Below are positions 19,457 to 35,232 of a DNA stretch of 64,000 nucleotides, in pieces. Made by a program: the position numbers and the translations under genes. The first letter of the stretch is position 1. Each line of letters opens with the position of its first letter. Source of the stretch: an uncultured Thiomicrospira sp. (GTDB taxonomy: Bacteria > Pseudomonadota > Gammaproteobacteria > CAKMZV01); assembly GCA_965195345.1 (NCBI GenBank), contig OZ239628.1:352001-416000 (forward strand), read 5' to 3'. A model generated the notes under the pieces. That model did not search any database. It was not told the origin of the DNA and saw only the letters and a list, made by a program, of their open reading frames with translations.

Positions 19457-20422
19457 ATGTCGAAAGGTGATCAAGCATTTAGGGTGGATGGTTTGAAAGA
19501 AAACTGGTCCGAAATGACTTATGCAGGTGCTTCCAGCTTCTTACGCAGGAAGTATACTCGTGACTTAACAGGGGTTGATGTTGCTGTTAGTGGTATCCCA
19601 TTTGATTGTGCGACGACATATAGAGCTGGTTGCCGATTCGGTCCTAAAGCCGTGCGAGAAGGCTCGGCTCAGCTTACTGAGTTAAAGGCATTTCCATATG
19701 GTTTTGACCCATTAGTTCATTTGGCGGTTATTGATTATGGAGACTGCTTTCTAGATCCACATCATCCGCATACCGTAGTGCAATCTATTGAAGATCATGC
19801 ACATGGAATTTTACAAAGTAATGCAAAGATGCTAACGATTGGAGGCGACCATTTTGTCACGTACCCTTTGCTTAAAGCGCACGCAAAAAAATATGGACCA
19901 ATTGCTTTGATTCAGTTTGATGCGCATTGCGATACTTGGATTGGTGAACCATCGAGAATGGATCATGGAACCATGTTTGCAAAAGCGGTTGATGAAGGGA
20001 TCATCGATGTAGAGCATTCGATCCAAGTAGGACTAAGAACGTACAACGACACGGACTACGGGTTCAAGATTTTAACCAGTCAATGGATACATCGGCATGG
20101 CATCCATATGGCTATTGAAGAAGTTATTAAGAGGGTTGGTGATAAACAAGTGTATTTGACGTTTGATATTGATGGACTGGATCCTGCTTATGCACCAGGG
20201 ACAGGGACACCCGTATCAGGTGGTTTGGCAAGTTGGCAAGGGATAGAATTTATTCAAGGGTTGAAAGATTTAAACTTGCTGGCAATGGATATAGTAGAAG
20301 TAGCGCCCCAATACGATAACAGTCAAATAACGGCTATTGCTGCATCGACTATGGCATATCAGTGGCTGTGTTTACTTGCTTTGAAAAAAGGTGCAAAAAC
20401 ACACCCAATCGGAAAGGTTTAA
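19457..20422 (+). CDS. speB: Agmatinase (ureohydrolase family)
   Basis: Mn-binding motifs GGDH, DAHCD and DIDGLDPAYAPGTGTP. Confidence 0.9.
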   Translation: MSKGDQAFRVDGLKENWSEMTYAGASSFLRRKYTRDLTGVDVAVSGIPFDCATTYRAGCRFGPKAVREGSAQLTELKAFPYGFDPLVHLAVIDYGDCFLDPHHPHTVVQSIEDHAHGILQSNAKMLTIGGDHFVTYPLLKAHAKKYGPIALIQFDAHCDTWIGEPSRMDHGTMFAKAVDEGIIDVEHSIQVGLRTYNDTDYGFKILTSQWIHRHGIHMAIEEVIKRVGDKQVYLTFDIDGLDPAYAPGTGTPVSGGLASWQGIEFIQGLKDLNLLAMDIVEVAPQYDNSQITAIAASTMAYQWLCLLALKKGAKTHPIGKV

Positions 20423-20454
20423 GATTGGAAGTCTAACAGAAAGAGATTTAAGAC

Positions 20455-20504
20455 AAATGACACCAAAACTTCCAACGACGGTCGTTAGAAGATTTGGTTC
20501 ATTT
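20455..20504. terminator. Long imperfect hairpin between convergent speB and the BMP gene; candidate bidirectional terminator
   Basis: Nested pairings AAATGA/TCATTT, ACCAAA/TTTGGT, CTTC/GAAG and AACGAC/GTCGTT. Confidence 0.55.
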
Positions 20505-20516
20505 AATATTGTTGAG

Positions 20517-21569
20517 TTATAGTTTGCCCTCTACGCCTTTAACAAAATAATTCATCTGCGTGAGCATTTGGTCATTGGCAACAAAATTTTTGGCAAGTCG
20601 AACATTGCCTGCTTGATCAGTAATGGGACCGGTAAATGGGTGGAAACTTCTATTGGCGATTCCTTTTCTATGTTGCTCAATTAGTTCAGCAGTGTTCTTA
20701 TCCAATTCACTTGTCACTTTAAAGTCGACCAAGCCTTCTGGAATGCCTTGCCATAAAGATTGGCTTTTCCAAGTTCCATTAAGCACCTGCTCTATTTTCG
20801 CAATATAGAATTTCCCCCAATTGTGAACAACAGCACCTATTTGAGCTTCTTTGCCGTGTTTTTTCATGTCTGAATGATATGAAATAGCATTTATTCCATT
20901 ATCCTTTGCTGTTTTGACGACGGCGATTGAGTCTGTGTGATGTGTTAATATATCAGCATTCTGGGCAATCAAGCTATTAGCTGCTTCGCTTTCTTTACCT
21001 GGATCAAACCATGAGTTTGTCCATAAAACTTTCACCTTAACGTTAGGGTTAACGCTCTGCGCTCCCAAAGTAAAGGCATTGATGCCGCGCACGACTTCAG
21101 GAATTGGGAAAGCAGCAACATAACCGATGATGTTTGATTTGGTTTTTTTGCCTGCGGCTATGCCAGCAAGATAACGTCCTTCATAGAAACGAGGAGAGAA
21201 ATTCCCCATGTTTTTAGATTTTTTGTATCCTGTAGCATGTTCAAAAACCACTTCTGGAAAAGCGCTTGCTACTTTAAGTGTTGGATTCATATAGCCAAAA
21301 GACGTTGCAAAAATCAGATCATACCCACTGCTTGCAAGTTTACGAATGATTCGCTCAGCGTCGGGCCCTTCTCCAATACTTTCAAAATATTTGGTTTCGA
21401 CTTTATCACCGAATTTCTTTTCAACTGCTAATCGTCCGAGATCGTGTTGATAGGTCCAGCCTGCGTCACCAATAGGGCTAACGTAAACAAACCCTACCTT
21501 CAAAGGTGCGGCCATGGCCATGGTATTTAATAAAAATAGCCCAATGGACAAAGTTAAAATTTTCTTCAT
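20517..21569 (-). CDS. BMP family ABC transporter substrate-binding protein (purine/nucleoside)
   Basis: KVGFVYVSPIGDAGWTYQH, TSFGYM, FEHATGY, FPIPEVVRGINAF, SWFDP. Confidence 0.92.
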   Translation of the reverse strand: MKKILTLSIGLFLLNTMAMAAPLKVGFVYVSPIGDAGWTYQHDLGRLAVEKKFGDKVETKYFESIGEGPDAERIIRKLASSGYDLIFATSFGYMNPTLKVASAFPEVVFEHATGYKKSKNMGNFSPRFYEGRYLAGIAAGKKTKSNIIGYVAAFPIPEVVRGINAFTLGAQSVNPNVKVKVLWTNSWFDPGKESEAANSLIAQNADILTHHTDSIAVVKTAKDNGINAISYHSDMKKHGKEAQIGAVVHNWGKFYIAKIEQVLNGTWKSQSLWQGIPEGLVDFKVTSELDKNTAELIEQHRKGIANRSFHPFTGPITDQAGNVRLAKNFVANDQMLTQMNYFVKGVEGKL

Positions 21570-21599
21570 TAGATTCTCCCACTAAGAGTAATTGTATAT

Positions 21600-21616
21600 G
21601 TGCAATCAAATTGCAC
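21600..21616. promoter_or_regulatory. Perfect palindrome upstream of the BMP gene (possible operator or mRNA hairpin)
   Basis: GTGCAAT-CAA-ATTGCAC in the short gap between the permease stop and the BMP start. Confidence 0.35.
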
Positions 21617-21636
21617 TGATTCCGCTTTTATCGCTT

Positions 21637-22563
21637 TCATTTTGCTTCAAATGGTATCCCAAGATTGGCGGGAGCACCAAACGAATGTTTCATTTTAATG
21701 GACGAAATGAAAATTAGCACGATAATAGTTGTTAAATAGGGGAGCATTGCAAAAAATTCCGCAGGGATTTGGCTAAAAATTCCTTGATTGCCTTGAAGAA
21801 AGAGCTGTGAAATACTGACGAATCCGAATAGAAAAGCGCCGATGAGCAATCGTGACGGTAACCAAGTAGAAAAAACAACCAAAGCTAAAACAATCCAACC
21901 TCGTCCAGCAGTCATGTTTTCAGCCCATAGAGGCGTATATACCAAAGACAGGTAAGAGCCTCCAAGGCCTGCCATTGCTCCACCAAATATAACTGCCAAA
22001 AAGCGTATTTTCAAGATGGAATACCCCATCGAATAAGCTGAATTATGATTTTCTCCAACAGCGCGCAATATAAGACCTAATCGAGTATGGAAAAGGAAAA
22101 AGTGCGTACCTACCAATAGCATGAAAGCCATATATACTAGAAAATCGTGTTGAAATAAAATTTTTCCGAAGAATGGAATCTCTGCAAGAAGGGGAATGTT
22201 TAATTTCCCTAATCCCGTGATAGGGACACCCACATACTTAAGTCCCATAAAAGCACTAAGACCTACACCAAAAATAGTCAGTGCCAAGCCAGTAGCTACT
22301 TGATTGGTTCTAAGCAATATGGTGAGTGTTGCAAAGATACTTGACATGAGAACACCAGATACCGTTGCCATTAAAAAACCAAAAAAAACATTACCCGTTA
22401 CAGCAGTAGCGATAAATCCGCTAATAGCACCTACTAGCATCATTCCTTCAATGCCTAAATTTAATACACCTGCTTTTTCACAAACTAATTCACCGATTCC
22501 TGCAATAAGTAATGGCGTGAGAGAAAGAATTGAGGCATAAATAATAATACTAATATATTCCAT
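21637..22563 (-). CDS. Nucleoside-type ABC transporter permease
   Basis: EKAGVLNLGIEGMM, RAVGEN, AGRGWIVLA. Confidence 0.92.
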   Translation of the reverse strand: MEYISIIIYASILSLTPLLIAGIGELVCEKAGVLNLGIEGMMLVGAISGFIATAVTGNVFFGFLMATVSGVLMSSIFATLTILLRTNQVATGLALTIFGVGLSAFMGLKYVGVPITGLGKLNIPLLAEIPFFGKILFQHDFLVYMAFMLLVGTHFFLFHTRLGLILRAVGENHNSAYSMGYSILKIRFLAVIFGGAMAGLGGSYLSLVYTPLWAENMTAGRGWIVLALVVFSTWLPSRLLIGAFLFGFVSISQLFLQGNQGIFSQIPAEFFAMLPYLTTIIVLIFISSIKMKHSFGAPANLGIPFEAK

Positions 22564-22571
22564 AAAGAGAC

Positions 22572-23633
22572 CTATTTAATTTGGATTTTATACAGCAGGA
22601 AAAAATCCGATGCAAGCAAGCAAAATAAAATTAACCCTTGAAAAATACCTCCAATCGAGACAGGCAAGCCAAGATTGAGTTGTGCCGATTCAGAGCCGAT
22701 ATAGATAAGTGCCATGAGAAAACCAGAAAAAATTATGCCTACAGGATGCAGTCGCCCTAGGAATGCCACAATGATGGCGGTAAAGCCATATCCTGGTGAT
22801 ATGACAGGAATAAGTTGAGAAATATTGGATGAGACCTCGCTGATGCCTGCTAAACCAGCTAATCCTCCACAAATGACAAAGCTCAACCAAACAGTTCTTT
22901 TTTCGCTGAATCCAGCATAACGGATAGCGGGGATGGAAAACCCCGAAACACGCAGTTGAAATCCCAAGTATGAATGTTTAAGAAAAATATAGATCAGTGG
23001 AAAAATTATGATAAGAAATAAAGGGGTTATGCTAAGGCGTGTGCCCTCAATCAAGTATGGATAGATGGCAGAATCACTAAAGTAAACACTCTGAGGGAAA
23101 TTAAGTCCGTCTGGGTCTTTAATAGGACCGTGGGTGAGGTAGCTTAGAAAGAGTTGAGCAATGTAAACGAGCATAAGGGAAGTAAGAATTTCATTGGTGT
23201 TGAATCGATTTTTAAGCAGTGCAGGAATCAATGACCATAGAATGCCTCCAATAATCCCTGCTACAATCATTAGAGGGATGATGTAAAACCCTTGTTTTTC
23301 GTGAAAATAAAGTGCGACTAATCCACCAAAAATGCCGCCCATAATGAGTTGTCCCTCTGCGCCGATATTCCATATATTGGCTTTAAAACCAACGGTTAAT
23401 CCCAATGCAATTATGATGAGGATGCTTGCTTTCATGATTACTTCAGAAAAATCATAAAGCGAACTAATGGGATCGATGAAAAAATAATAAAAGGTCGAAA
23501 GTGGAGGATATCCGAGTGCCGTAAGAAGCATTGAACTTAGAATGCCCGTTGCAACAATCGCACTAAAAGGCGAAGCTAAACTACGGTATATACTTGTTTT
23601 TTCAGAGCTTCTTTTGCGAATGCTTATTTTCAT
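22572..23633 (-). CDS. Nucleoside-type ABC transporter permease
   Basis: WNIGAEGQ, NEILTSLML, GYGFTAIIVAFLGRLHP. Confidence 0.92.
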   Translation of the reverse strand: MKISIRKRSSEKTSIYRSLASPFSAIVATGILSSMLLTALGYPPLSTFYYFFIDPISSLYDFSEVIMKASILIIIALGLTVGFKANIWNIGAEGQLIMGGIFGGLVALYFHEKQGFYIIPLMIVAGIIGGILWSLIPALLKNRFNTNEILTSLMLVYIAQLFLSYLTHGPIKDPDGLNFPQSVYFSDSAIYPYLIEGTRLSITPLFLIIIFPLIYIFLKHSYLGFQLRVSGFSIPAIRYAGFSEKRTVWLSFVICGGLAGLAGISEVSSNISQLIPVISPGYGFTAIIVAFLGRLHPVGIIFSGFLMALIYIGSESAQLNLGLPVSIGGIFQGLILFCLLASDFFLLYKIQIK

Positions 23634-23643
23634 GTACTAATAC

Positions 23644-25119
23644 TCATAGTGTCATCATTAGTCCAACTTGCTCTTTTGTAAGAGAATGAACTGGGTATGT
23701 GGTGCTTAAATTATTTTCTTTAATAACGGTTATTTCATCACAAATGGTAAACATTTCATCAAGATCTTCAGAAGCTACGAATACGGCAACGCCTTGATCG
23801 CGCAAAGCAATTAGCTGATTACGTATGAAAATAGCCGCGCTGATGTCAACCCCCCATGTTGGATTTGCAATAAGGAGCACCTTAGGGTTTTGTAGGATGG
23901 TGCGCCCGACAATGAACTTTTGTAAATTGCCACCCGATAGATTGGTTGCTAATGATAGATTGTCTTTTGTTCGGACGTCAAATTTCTCAATAATTTCATT
24001 CGAAAAACTTTGCAAGGTGGTTTTTTTTATTAATGCGTTTTTTATTAGAAAATTCCTGCGGTTGGAAACGCCAAGCAATGCGTTTTCATATAAAGTCATT
24101 TGTGGGATTGCTGCCCGTCCAAGCCTTTCAGTTGGGACGAATAAAATACCAGCGCTATTGCGTTTGGCAACCCCCCAATTGCTGATGTCTTCACCATTGA
24201 AATGGATGTTATTTTTCGTACCTATCTCACCGGCAAGGGCAGCCATTAAAATGTCTTGCCCATTTCCTGCAATACCTGCAATACCAGTAATGCAACCAGA
24301 CTTTATTTGAATTTCTTCAATGGTCAAAGGCAATGAGCTAGTAGGTTTGCAACGCATAGTCAGAATGGATCTTGCTTCAATCGTTTCATCGCGCTTCGCA
24401 TAATCACTTATTTGTTTTCCTACCATCAATTGTGCGATTTGCGCTACATTGATATTTTCAAGATCGTAATCTCCGATTGATTTTCCTTGGCGAAGGATGG
24501 TTGCATGAGAGCACACTTGTTTAATTTCATCCAATTTATGTCCAATGAAAAGAATTGAACAGCCATCTTCACGCAGAGTATTTAATGTTTTAAATAGATG
24601 CTGTGTCTCCACTGGAGTTAGCACAGAAGTTGGCTCGTCAAGGATTAATAACTTAGGCTGTTGCAACAAGCAACGGATTATTTCAATGCGTTGTTTTTCG
24701 CCAGACGAAAGTGTTTTGACGCGTGCATTTGGATCGACCTGTAGAGTATAGCGATCGCATATCTCAATAATGCGTTCTCTTAAGGTTTGCATGTTTCCGT
24801 GATAGTCTATGCCCAGTGCAATGTTTTCAACAGCACTCATAGAATCAAATAAGGCAAAGTGCTGAAAAACAATACCTATTCCCATTCGGCGCGCGATAAC
24901 AGGTGATGCAATCTCTACAAGATTGTCTTCCCAAAATATCTTACCTGTGTCCGATTCAACTAAGCCATAAATAATGTTAACCAAAGTGCTTTTCCCTGCG
25001 CCATTTTCGCCCAGCAATGCATGTATAGAATTAGGCTTTATTTTTAGACTTATATTGTCGTTGGCTTTATTTTCGCCGTACGACTTGCTAATATTTTGAA
25101 GTTGCAGTTGGTATTTCAA
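23644..25119 (-). CDS. Nucleoside-type ABC transporter ATP-binding protein (two ABC domains)
   Basis: GENGAGKST, LDEPTSVLTP, LSGGNLQK, PTWGVD. TTG start. Confidence 0.93.
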   Translation of the reverse strand: MKYQLQLQNISKSYGENKANDNISLKIKPNSIHALLGENGAGKSTLVNIIYGLVESDTGKIFWEDNLVEIASPVIARRMGIGIVFQHFALFDSMSAVENIALGIDYHGNMQTLRERIIEICDRYTLQVDPNARVKTLSSGEKQRIEIIRCLLQQPKLLILDEPTSVLTPVETQHLFKTLNTLREDGCSILFIGHKLDEIKQVCSHATILRQGKSIGDYDLENINVAQIAQLMVGKQISDYAKRDETIEARSILTMRCKPTSSLPLTIEEIQIKSGCITGIAGIAGNGQDILMAALAGEIGTKNNIHFNGEDISNWGVAKRNSAGILFVPTERLGRAAIPQMTLYENALLGVSNRRNFLIKNALIKKTTLQSFSNEIIEKFDVRTKDNLSLATNLSGGNLQKFIVGRTILQNPKVLLIANPTWGVDISAAIFIRNQLIALRDQGVAVFVASEDLDEMFTICDEITVIKENNLSTTYPVHSLTKEQVGLMMTL

Positions 25120-25120
25120 A

Positions 25121-26230
25121 TTATGTGCTTTGTTGGGCGTTTAGTTGGAGGATAAGTTCTGCTGCAATAGAAATGGCTACGGCAACAGGGGACTTGAAAT
25201 GCTTAAAATTTGCTCCGATGGGGCAACTAAAGCGAGCAAGTGTTGTTTTATCAATGTCCTCATCCTTTAGCCTATGTTTAAAACGTTTTCCTTTTATTTT
25301 TGACCCAATCATGCCAAGCCAAGAAAACCTATTTTCTTTTAAAATCGCTGAGCAAACAGAATAATCAATATCGTGAGAAAAAGTCATAACTAAATGATAA
25401 GCCTTGTTTGGTGATACAGGTACTACTTCAATAAAGTCAGTACAGATTATACGTAAGTTTTCAGGCGGGTCTATTAAATACGTAAATTGTTCGGCACGGC
25501 TGTCAACCCAAGTAATCATTACAGGAAGTTGGCAGATTAGAGGAATGAGCGATTGGGCAACATGCCCAGCGCCATAAAGTACAACTTGAGGTATTGTTGC
25601 AAAATGAAAGCATTCAATCAGGTAGGTGGTTTCGTCCAATATGATCACTTTATTTTGATAATAACGCTCACAACCAAATTGCTTGGCAGTGTTGTGTAGT
25701 TCAGTTGGAATAAATGCACCATTGATTTCATCAGGCGTATCAGGGCATAGTAAAAACTTGCTTGGGAGGTTTGAAGTTGTGCTGGGTGTGCTAGTGACTA
25801 ATATTGTCGATAGTGCGTTTTTTTTTGAAGCTGCTTTAGCTTTTGCAGAGAGAGTTGGTAATGTTGGCGACGCTATGAGTGATTTAAATTGCAATAGCCA
25901 CTCTGGGTTTGAATGCATGTCAATAGGTTCAAAATATATTTTCAAAGTGCCACCGCAACATTGAGAAAACGCGCTACTGAGTGCAAACTCCTCAATGATG
26001 GGATGAAAGTTTGTGTATGACAGTAGTTGATGTGCTTTTTTGATTACTTGCAACTCTAATTGCCCACCACCGATGGTTCCCGATACGAGCTTATCAGCAT
26101 CAACGACTAATTTTTCGCCAATATTGCAAGGGGTTGACCCATTGGTTTCAATAACAGTTATTAACGCAAATACTGATGGTGGCAGAGTGCTGAGAGAATT
26201 CAACCAATGAGGCAAGTATGAATGTTCCAA
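25121..26230 (-). CDS. xdhC: Xanthine dehydrogenase accessory protein XdhC
   Basis: GSTP, GTIGGGQLE, QCCGG, YGAGHVA, MTFSHDID, GMIGSKIK and CPIG motifs. Confidence 0.9.
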   Translation of the reverse strand: MEHSYLPHWLNSLSTLPPSVFALITVIETNGSTPCNIGEKLVVDADKLVSGTIGGGQLELQVIKKAHQLLSYTNFHPIIEEFALSSAFSQCCGGTLKIYFEPIDMHSNPEWLLQFKSLIASPTLPTLSAKAKAASKKNALSTILVTSTPSTTSNLPSKFLLCPDTPDEINGAFIPTELHNTAKQFGCERYYQNKVIILDETTYLIECFHFATIPQVVLYGAGHVAQSLIPLICQLPVMITWVDSRAEQFTYLIDPPENLRIICTDFIEVVPVSPNKAYHLVMTFSHDIDYSVCSAILKENRFSWLGMIGSKIKGKRFKHRLKDEDIDKTTLARFSCPIGANFKHFKSPVAVAISIAAELILQLNAQQST

Positions 26231-26395
26231 TGAATCTCCAAGGACATATCAAAAAAGGTAATTTTAACGTCCAATGCGCATGCGTACTTTCTTTTGTGAG
26301 AAATGGTAGATTAACATATTGCCGAGATAGGCACGACACATTTAAAATTGTAAACAGAGTGTTTTAAATATTGCTTTAATGGAAAGGCGTTATTT

Positions 26396-27283
26396 TTATC
26401 TTTTCTTCTGCTTAATTATTTCTATTGCATCTCTCATATATTGAGGCATGTAAATTGATCTGTGCCAAGCAATTTGGGTTACAGATGTAGGCGACCCTTC
26501 CAATGGTATTAAAATCAAATCAAGGTCTTTATCTTGGGAAAAAGCCATATTGGCAATGATTCCAGCGCCAAAACCAAGGCGCACGTACGTTTTGATTACA
26601 TCTGTATCAGTCGCCGAGAGAACAACGTTAGGGCGGATTTTTTTCTCTTCAAATGCCATTTGGAGAGCTTCTCGCCCAGTAAAGCCCGGCACATAGGTGA
26701 TGACGGGCATCAGATGGAAATCTTCCAAAGAGAGTTTTGTGGCGCTTGCAAATTTATGATCGCGAGGCACAATTGCAGCGTGTTGCCAAGAGTAACAATC
26801 TTTACATATTAAGTTGGAGTGTTTGCCTATTGCTTCGGTACATACACCAATATCTGCCAGTTGATTTTCTAGAATTCGGACAATTTCACTGGGTGAGGTT
26901 TGTTGCATTTTAAGTACTACTTTAGGGTATTTTTTTCTTAAAGTGCGGATTACGTCTGGTAGAAAATATTTAGCTTGAGTGTGGGTTGTTGCAATTCGTA
27001 ACAGACCAGTCTGAGGATCTGACTGGTCTTTTGCCATTTCTACGATATATTTTTCTTCGTGAATTATTTTCCTGCCATGTTCGACGACCTTTTCTCCAAA
27101 TTTGGTTAAATGCAGTAAACGCTTACCGTTACGTTCGAATAAGGGAGAGTTTAATTCATGTTCTAATAACTGAATATAGCGACTAATAGCTGATTGCGCG
27201 GTAAAAAGACTTTCCGCAGTTCTTGTGATATTTAGATCATGTTCTACTAATCGAACCAGTGCTTTTAATTGGGCAAGCTTCAT
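26396..27283 (-). CDS. cysB: LysR family regulator, CysB/Cbl type
   Basis: N-terminal HTH; IATTHTQAKYFLP and DTDVIKTYVRLGFG are CysB-family signatures. Confidence 0.85.
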   Translation of the reverse strand: MKLAQLKALVRLVEHDLNITRTAESLFTAQSAISRYIQLLEHELNSPLFERNGKRLLHLTKFGEKVVEHGRKIIHEEKYIVEMAKDQSDPQTGLLRIATTHTQAKYFLPDVIRTLRKKYPKVVLKMQQTSPSEIVRILENQLADIGVCTEAIGKHSNLICKDCYSWQHAAIVPRDHKFASATKLSLEDFHLMPVITYVPGFTGREALQMAFEEKKIRPNVVLSATDTDVIKTYVRLGFGAGIIANMAFSQDKDLDLILIPLEGSPTSVTQIAWHRSIYMPQYMRDAIEIIKQKKR

Positions 27284-27464
27284 GATTTGAATTCCCGAAG
27301 GTATCTAAAAAAATATTATTATATCTCTTAAATTGATATTGGCGGGATTTTAATTAAATCCCATCTATTCTTTCCTGGGATATATGTCCCGTAATTGACT
27401 TTTAAATTATCTTAAGTATAGTATGCATTGGTCATTTAATTTGAGGTCTATTTAAGAGCGAAAT

Positions 27465-27513
27465 AAAGAAAAGAACATATTTTAATTTTGAATTAAAATA
27501 TGTTCTTTTCTTT
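27465..27513. repeat. Perfect 23-bp inverted repeat with 3-nt spacer
   Basis: AAAGAAAAGAACATATTTTAATT-TTG-AATTAAAATATGTTCTTTTCTTT, ending 12 nt before the ATG at 27526. Confidence 0.95.
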
Positions 27514-27525
27514 GATGGTGCTGCT

Positions 27526-28755
27526 ATGAATGCGTTGATGGATGATTTTCGTGAAAGAATTTATGAGTTGCTTGCTGAACATTCAATAATTATATTTTAT
27601 GGTGCTGGACAATTAGAAAATGCAAAAACGGACTTTGAATTTCTCACGGAATTTGAATTCTTAAGTCTCTATCGTTTACAGGATAATCTAAAGCTCATCC
27701 GAAGTTTACCTGAAATATTGGACTCCAGACATGTGTTAGTAGAAGGACTTGAAGAAAATGCAGAGTTATTTCAACGCCTATGCGAGCGGCATACTGCTAG
27801 TCAGCAATTAGCAGGCGATGCAAATAAGTGCATTTTGATTTCAATGCAAACCAAACAAAGCGTTAAGCGAATTCTCGGAAAAAATGCAGAGGGAGTCCAT
27901 TTTGAGAAAATAACAAAACCCGCGTTAGAAGAGATGCCTATGCAGTATCAGCAACTACCTCTTTGGCAAGTTGTATTGGAAAAGTATCACGAGGAAAAAT
28001 GCGTAAGCGAATATGATTATACGCATCGGTATGAAGCAAAAGAACAAGATTTTTATTGTAAGCGCTTCATCGATTTGGTCTGTTGGAAAGAAATTCGAGG
28101 TGACTCAAAAACAAAATTCTATTTGTTCATGTACATTTGTGCTGTTCAAAGCACGGGCGTTATCAACTACAGTGCGATTGCTCGGCAATGTAACATCACA
28201 TCGAATACGGCAAAATACTGGACAGCGGTACTTGAAGATTACGAAGTTATAACTTTAATAAAACCTTACATTCATGGTTATTCAAAGCGTCTTTTAGCGG
28301 GAAGCAAACTGGTGTTTAATAATACAGCATTACTTTGTTATTTGCTTCAATTGAATCTGGATGAGGTGCTCAATTCTAAGACCACTCGGGTGAAAATTTT
28401 TGCAAATTGGGTAATGAGTGAAATGATCAAATTAAAAAGTAATCGCACAATAAATTGCGATGCAAAAGAAATATATTATTGGTGTGATAGTAAAGGCAGG
28501 CATGCGGATTTAATTATCAGCACCCCAAAGCTTGAAAAAGAAGAGCGGTTTTGCGCCCTGTCAATAGACGCAATGGGCACAGAAAATGACGATGGAAAAG
28601 TAAAGGATCTCATTTATCTTGATAAGATAGCAAAAGGCGCATGCTCAAAGCTCGTATTAATACATGAAGGTGGCCGCTCTAATTTCAAAAATTTGGTGTC
28701 ATTTGTTTCTTGGAGGAATTTGCAAACAGTTTTTGCTGATGGAGTAGTATCCTAA
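27526..28755 (+). CDS. COG1373 / AAA_14-DUF4143 family protein with degenerate motifs
   Basis: The wHTH segment INYSAIARQCNITSNTAKYWTAVLE, SKRLLAGSKLVFNNTALL and YYWCDSKGRHADLII follow the family pattern, but the Walker A/B motifs are not canonical. Confidence 0.75.
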   Translation: MNALMDDFRERIYELLAEHSIIIFYGAGQLENAKTDFEFLTEFEFLSLYRLQDNLKLIRSLPEILDSRHVLVEGLEENAELFQRLCERHTASQQLAGDANKCILISMQTKQSVKRILGKNAEGVHFEKITKPALEEMPMQYQQLPLWQVVLEKYHEEKCVSEYDYTHRYEAKEQDFYCKRFIDLVCWKEIRGDSKTKFYLFMYICAVQSTGVINYSAIARQCNITSNTAKYWTAVLEDYEVITLIKPYIHGYSKRLLAGSKLVFNNTALLCYLLQLNLDEVLNSKTTRVKIFANWVMSEMIKLKSNRTINCDAKEIYYWCDSKGRHADLIISTPKLEKEERFCALSIDAMGTENDDGKVKDLIYLDKIAKGACSKLVLIHEGGRSNFKNLVSFVSWRNLQTVFADGVVS

Positions 28756-28810
28756 GACAGGTATGTTTTTTAATAAGCAATAGCGTATATTCAACAGTTT
28801 GAGCTACGAT

Positions 28811-28819
28811 TGGTATAAT
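28811..28819 (+). promoter_or_regulatory. Extended -10 promoter element for gltBD
   Basis: TG-G-TATAAT about 70 nt upstream of the gltB ATG. Confidence 0.55.
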
Positions 28820-28888
28820 GCCTGCCCTTTTTTGAAAAATACAGGTTGAAAATCAGCCTTCAAATGAATACTAAGATATGGATTATGC

Positions 28889-34788
<5,900 letters not shown>

Positions 34789-34799
34789 AGACGATTGCG

Positions 34800-35231
34800 A
34801 TGAAAACGTGTGTAACCGATGTTTGTGTGTATGATTGGTTGAATTCTTTGAAGGAACCAGTACGCAAAGCAGATTGTATTCAATTAGTTGGTTTAATGAA
34901 GCAAGTTTGCGATTGTGAACCACGAATGTGGGGGAATAGCATCGTTGGGTTTGGACACTATCATTACAAGTACAGCTCAGGGCATGCAGGCAGCTGGTTT
35001 CTTACGGGCTTTGCATCACGTAAAAATAATCTTGTTGTTTATATTATGGATGGTGTTAACGAATATTCTGATTTACTTGAAAAACTCGATAAAGAAGGGA
35101 AAAAAATAAAGTCGGGTGTATCCTGTCTATATCTTGGTTTATTGAGTCGGTTGGATATGGAGCTACTTGAGCAAGTCATTCGAGTGTCCGTTGATAATAT
35201 GCAAACAATCTACCCTGAAAATCATTGCTGA
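34800..35231 (+). CDS. DUF1801 (YdhG-like) domain protein
   Basis: MWGNSIVGFGHYHYKYSSG..G.WFLTGFASRK and GVSCLY motifs. Confidence 0.85.
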   Translation: MKTCVTDVCVYDWLNSLKEPVRKADCIQLVGLMKQVCDCEPRMWGNSIVGFGHYHYKYSSGHAGSWFLTGFASRKNNLVVYIMDGVNEYSDLLEKLDKEGKKIKSGVSCLYLGLLSRLDMELLEQVIRVSVDNMQTIYPENHC

Positions 35232-35232
35232 T

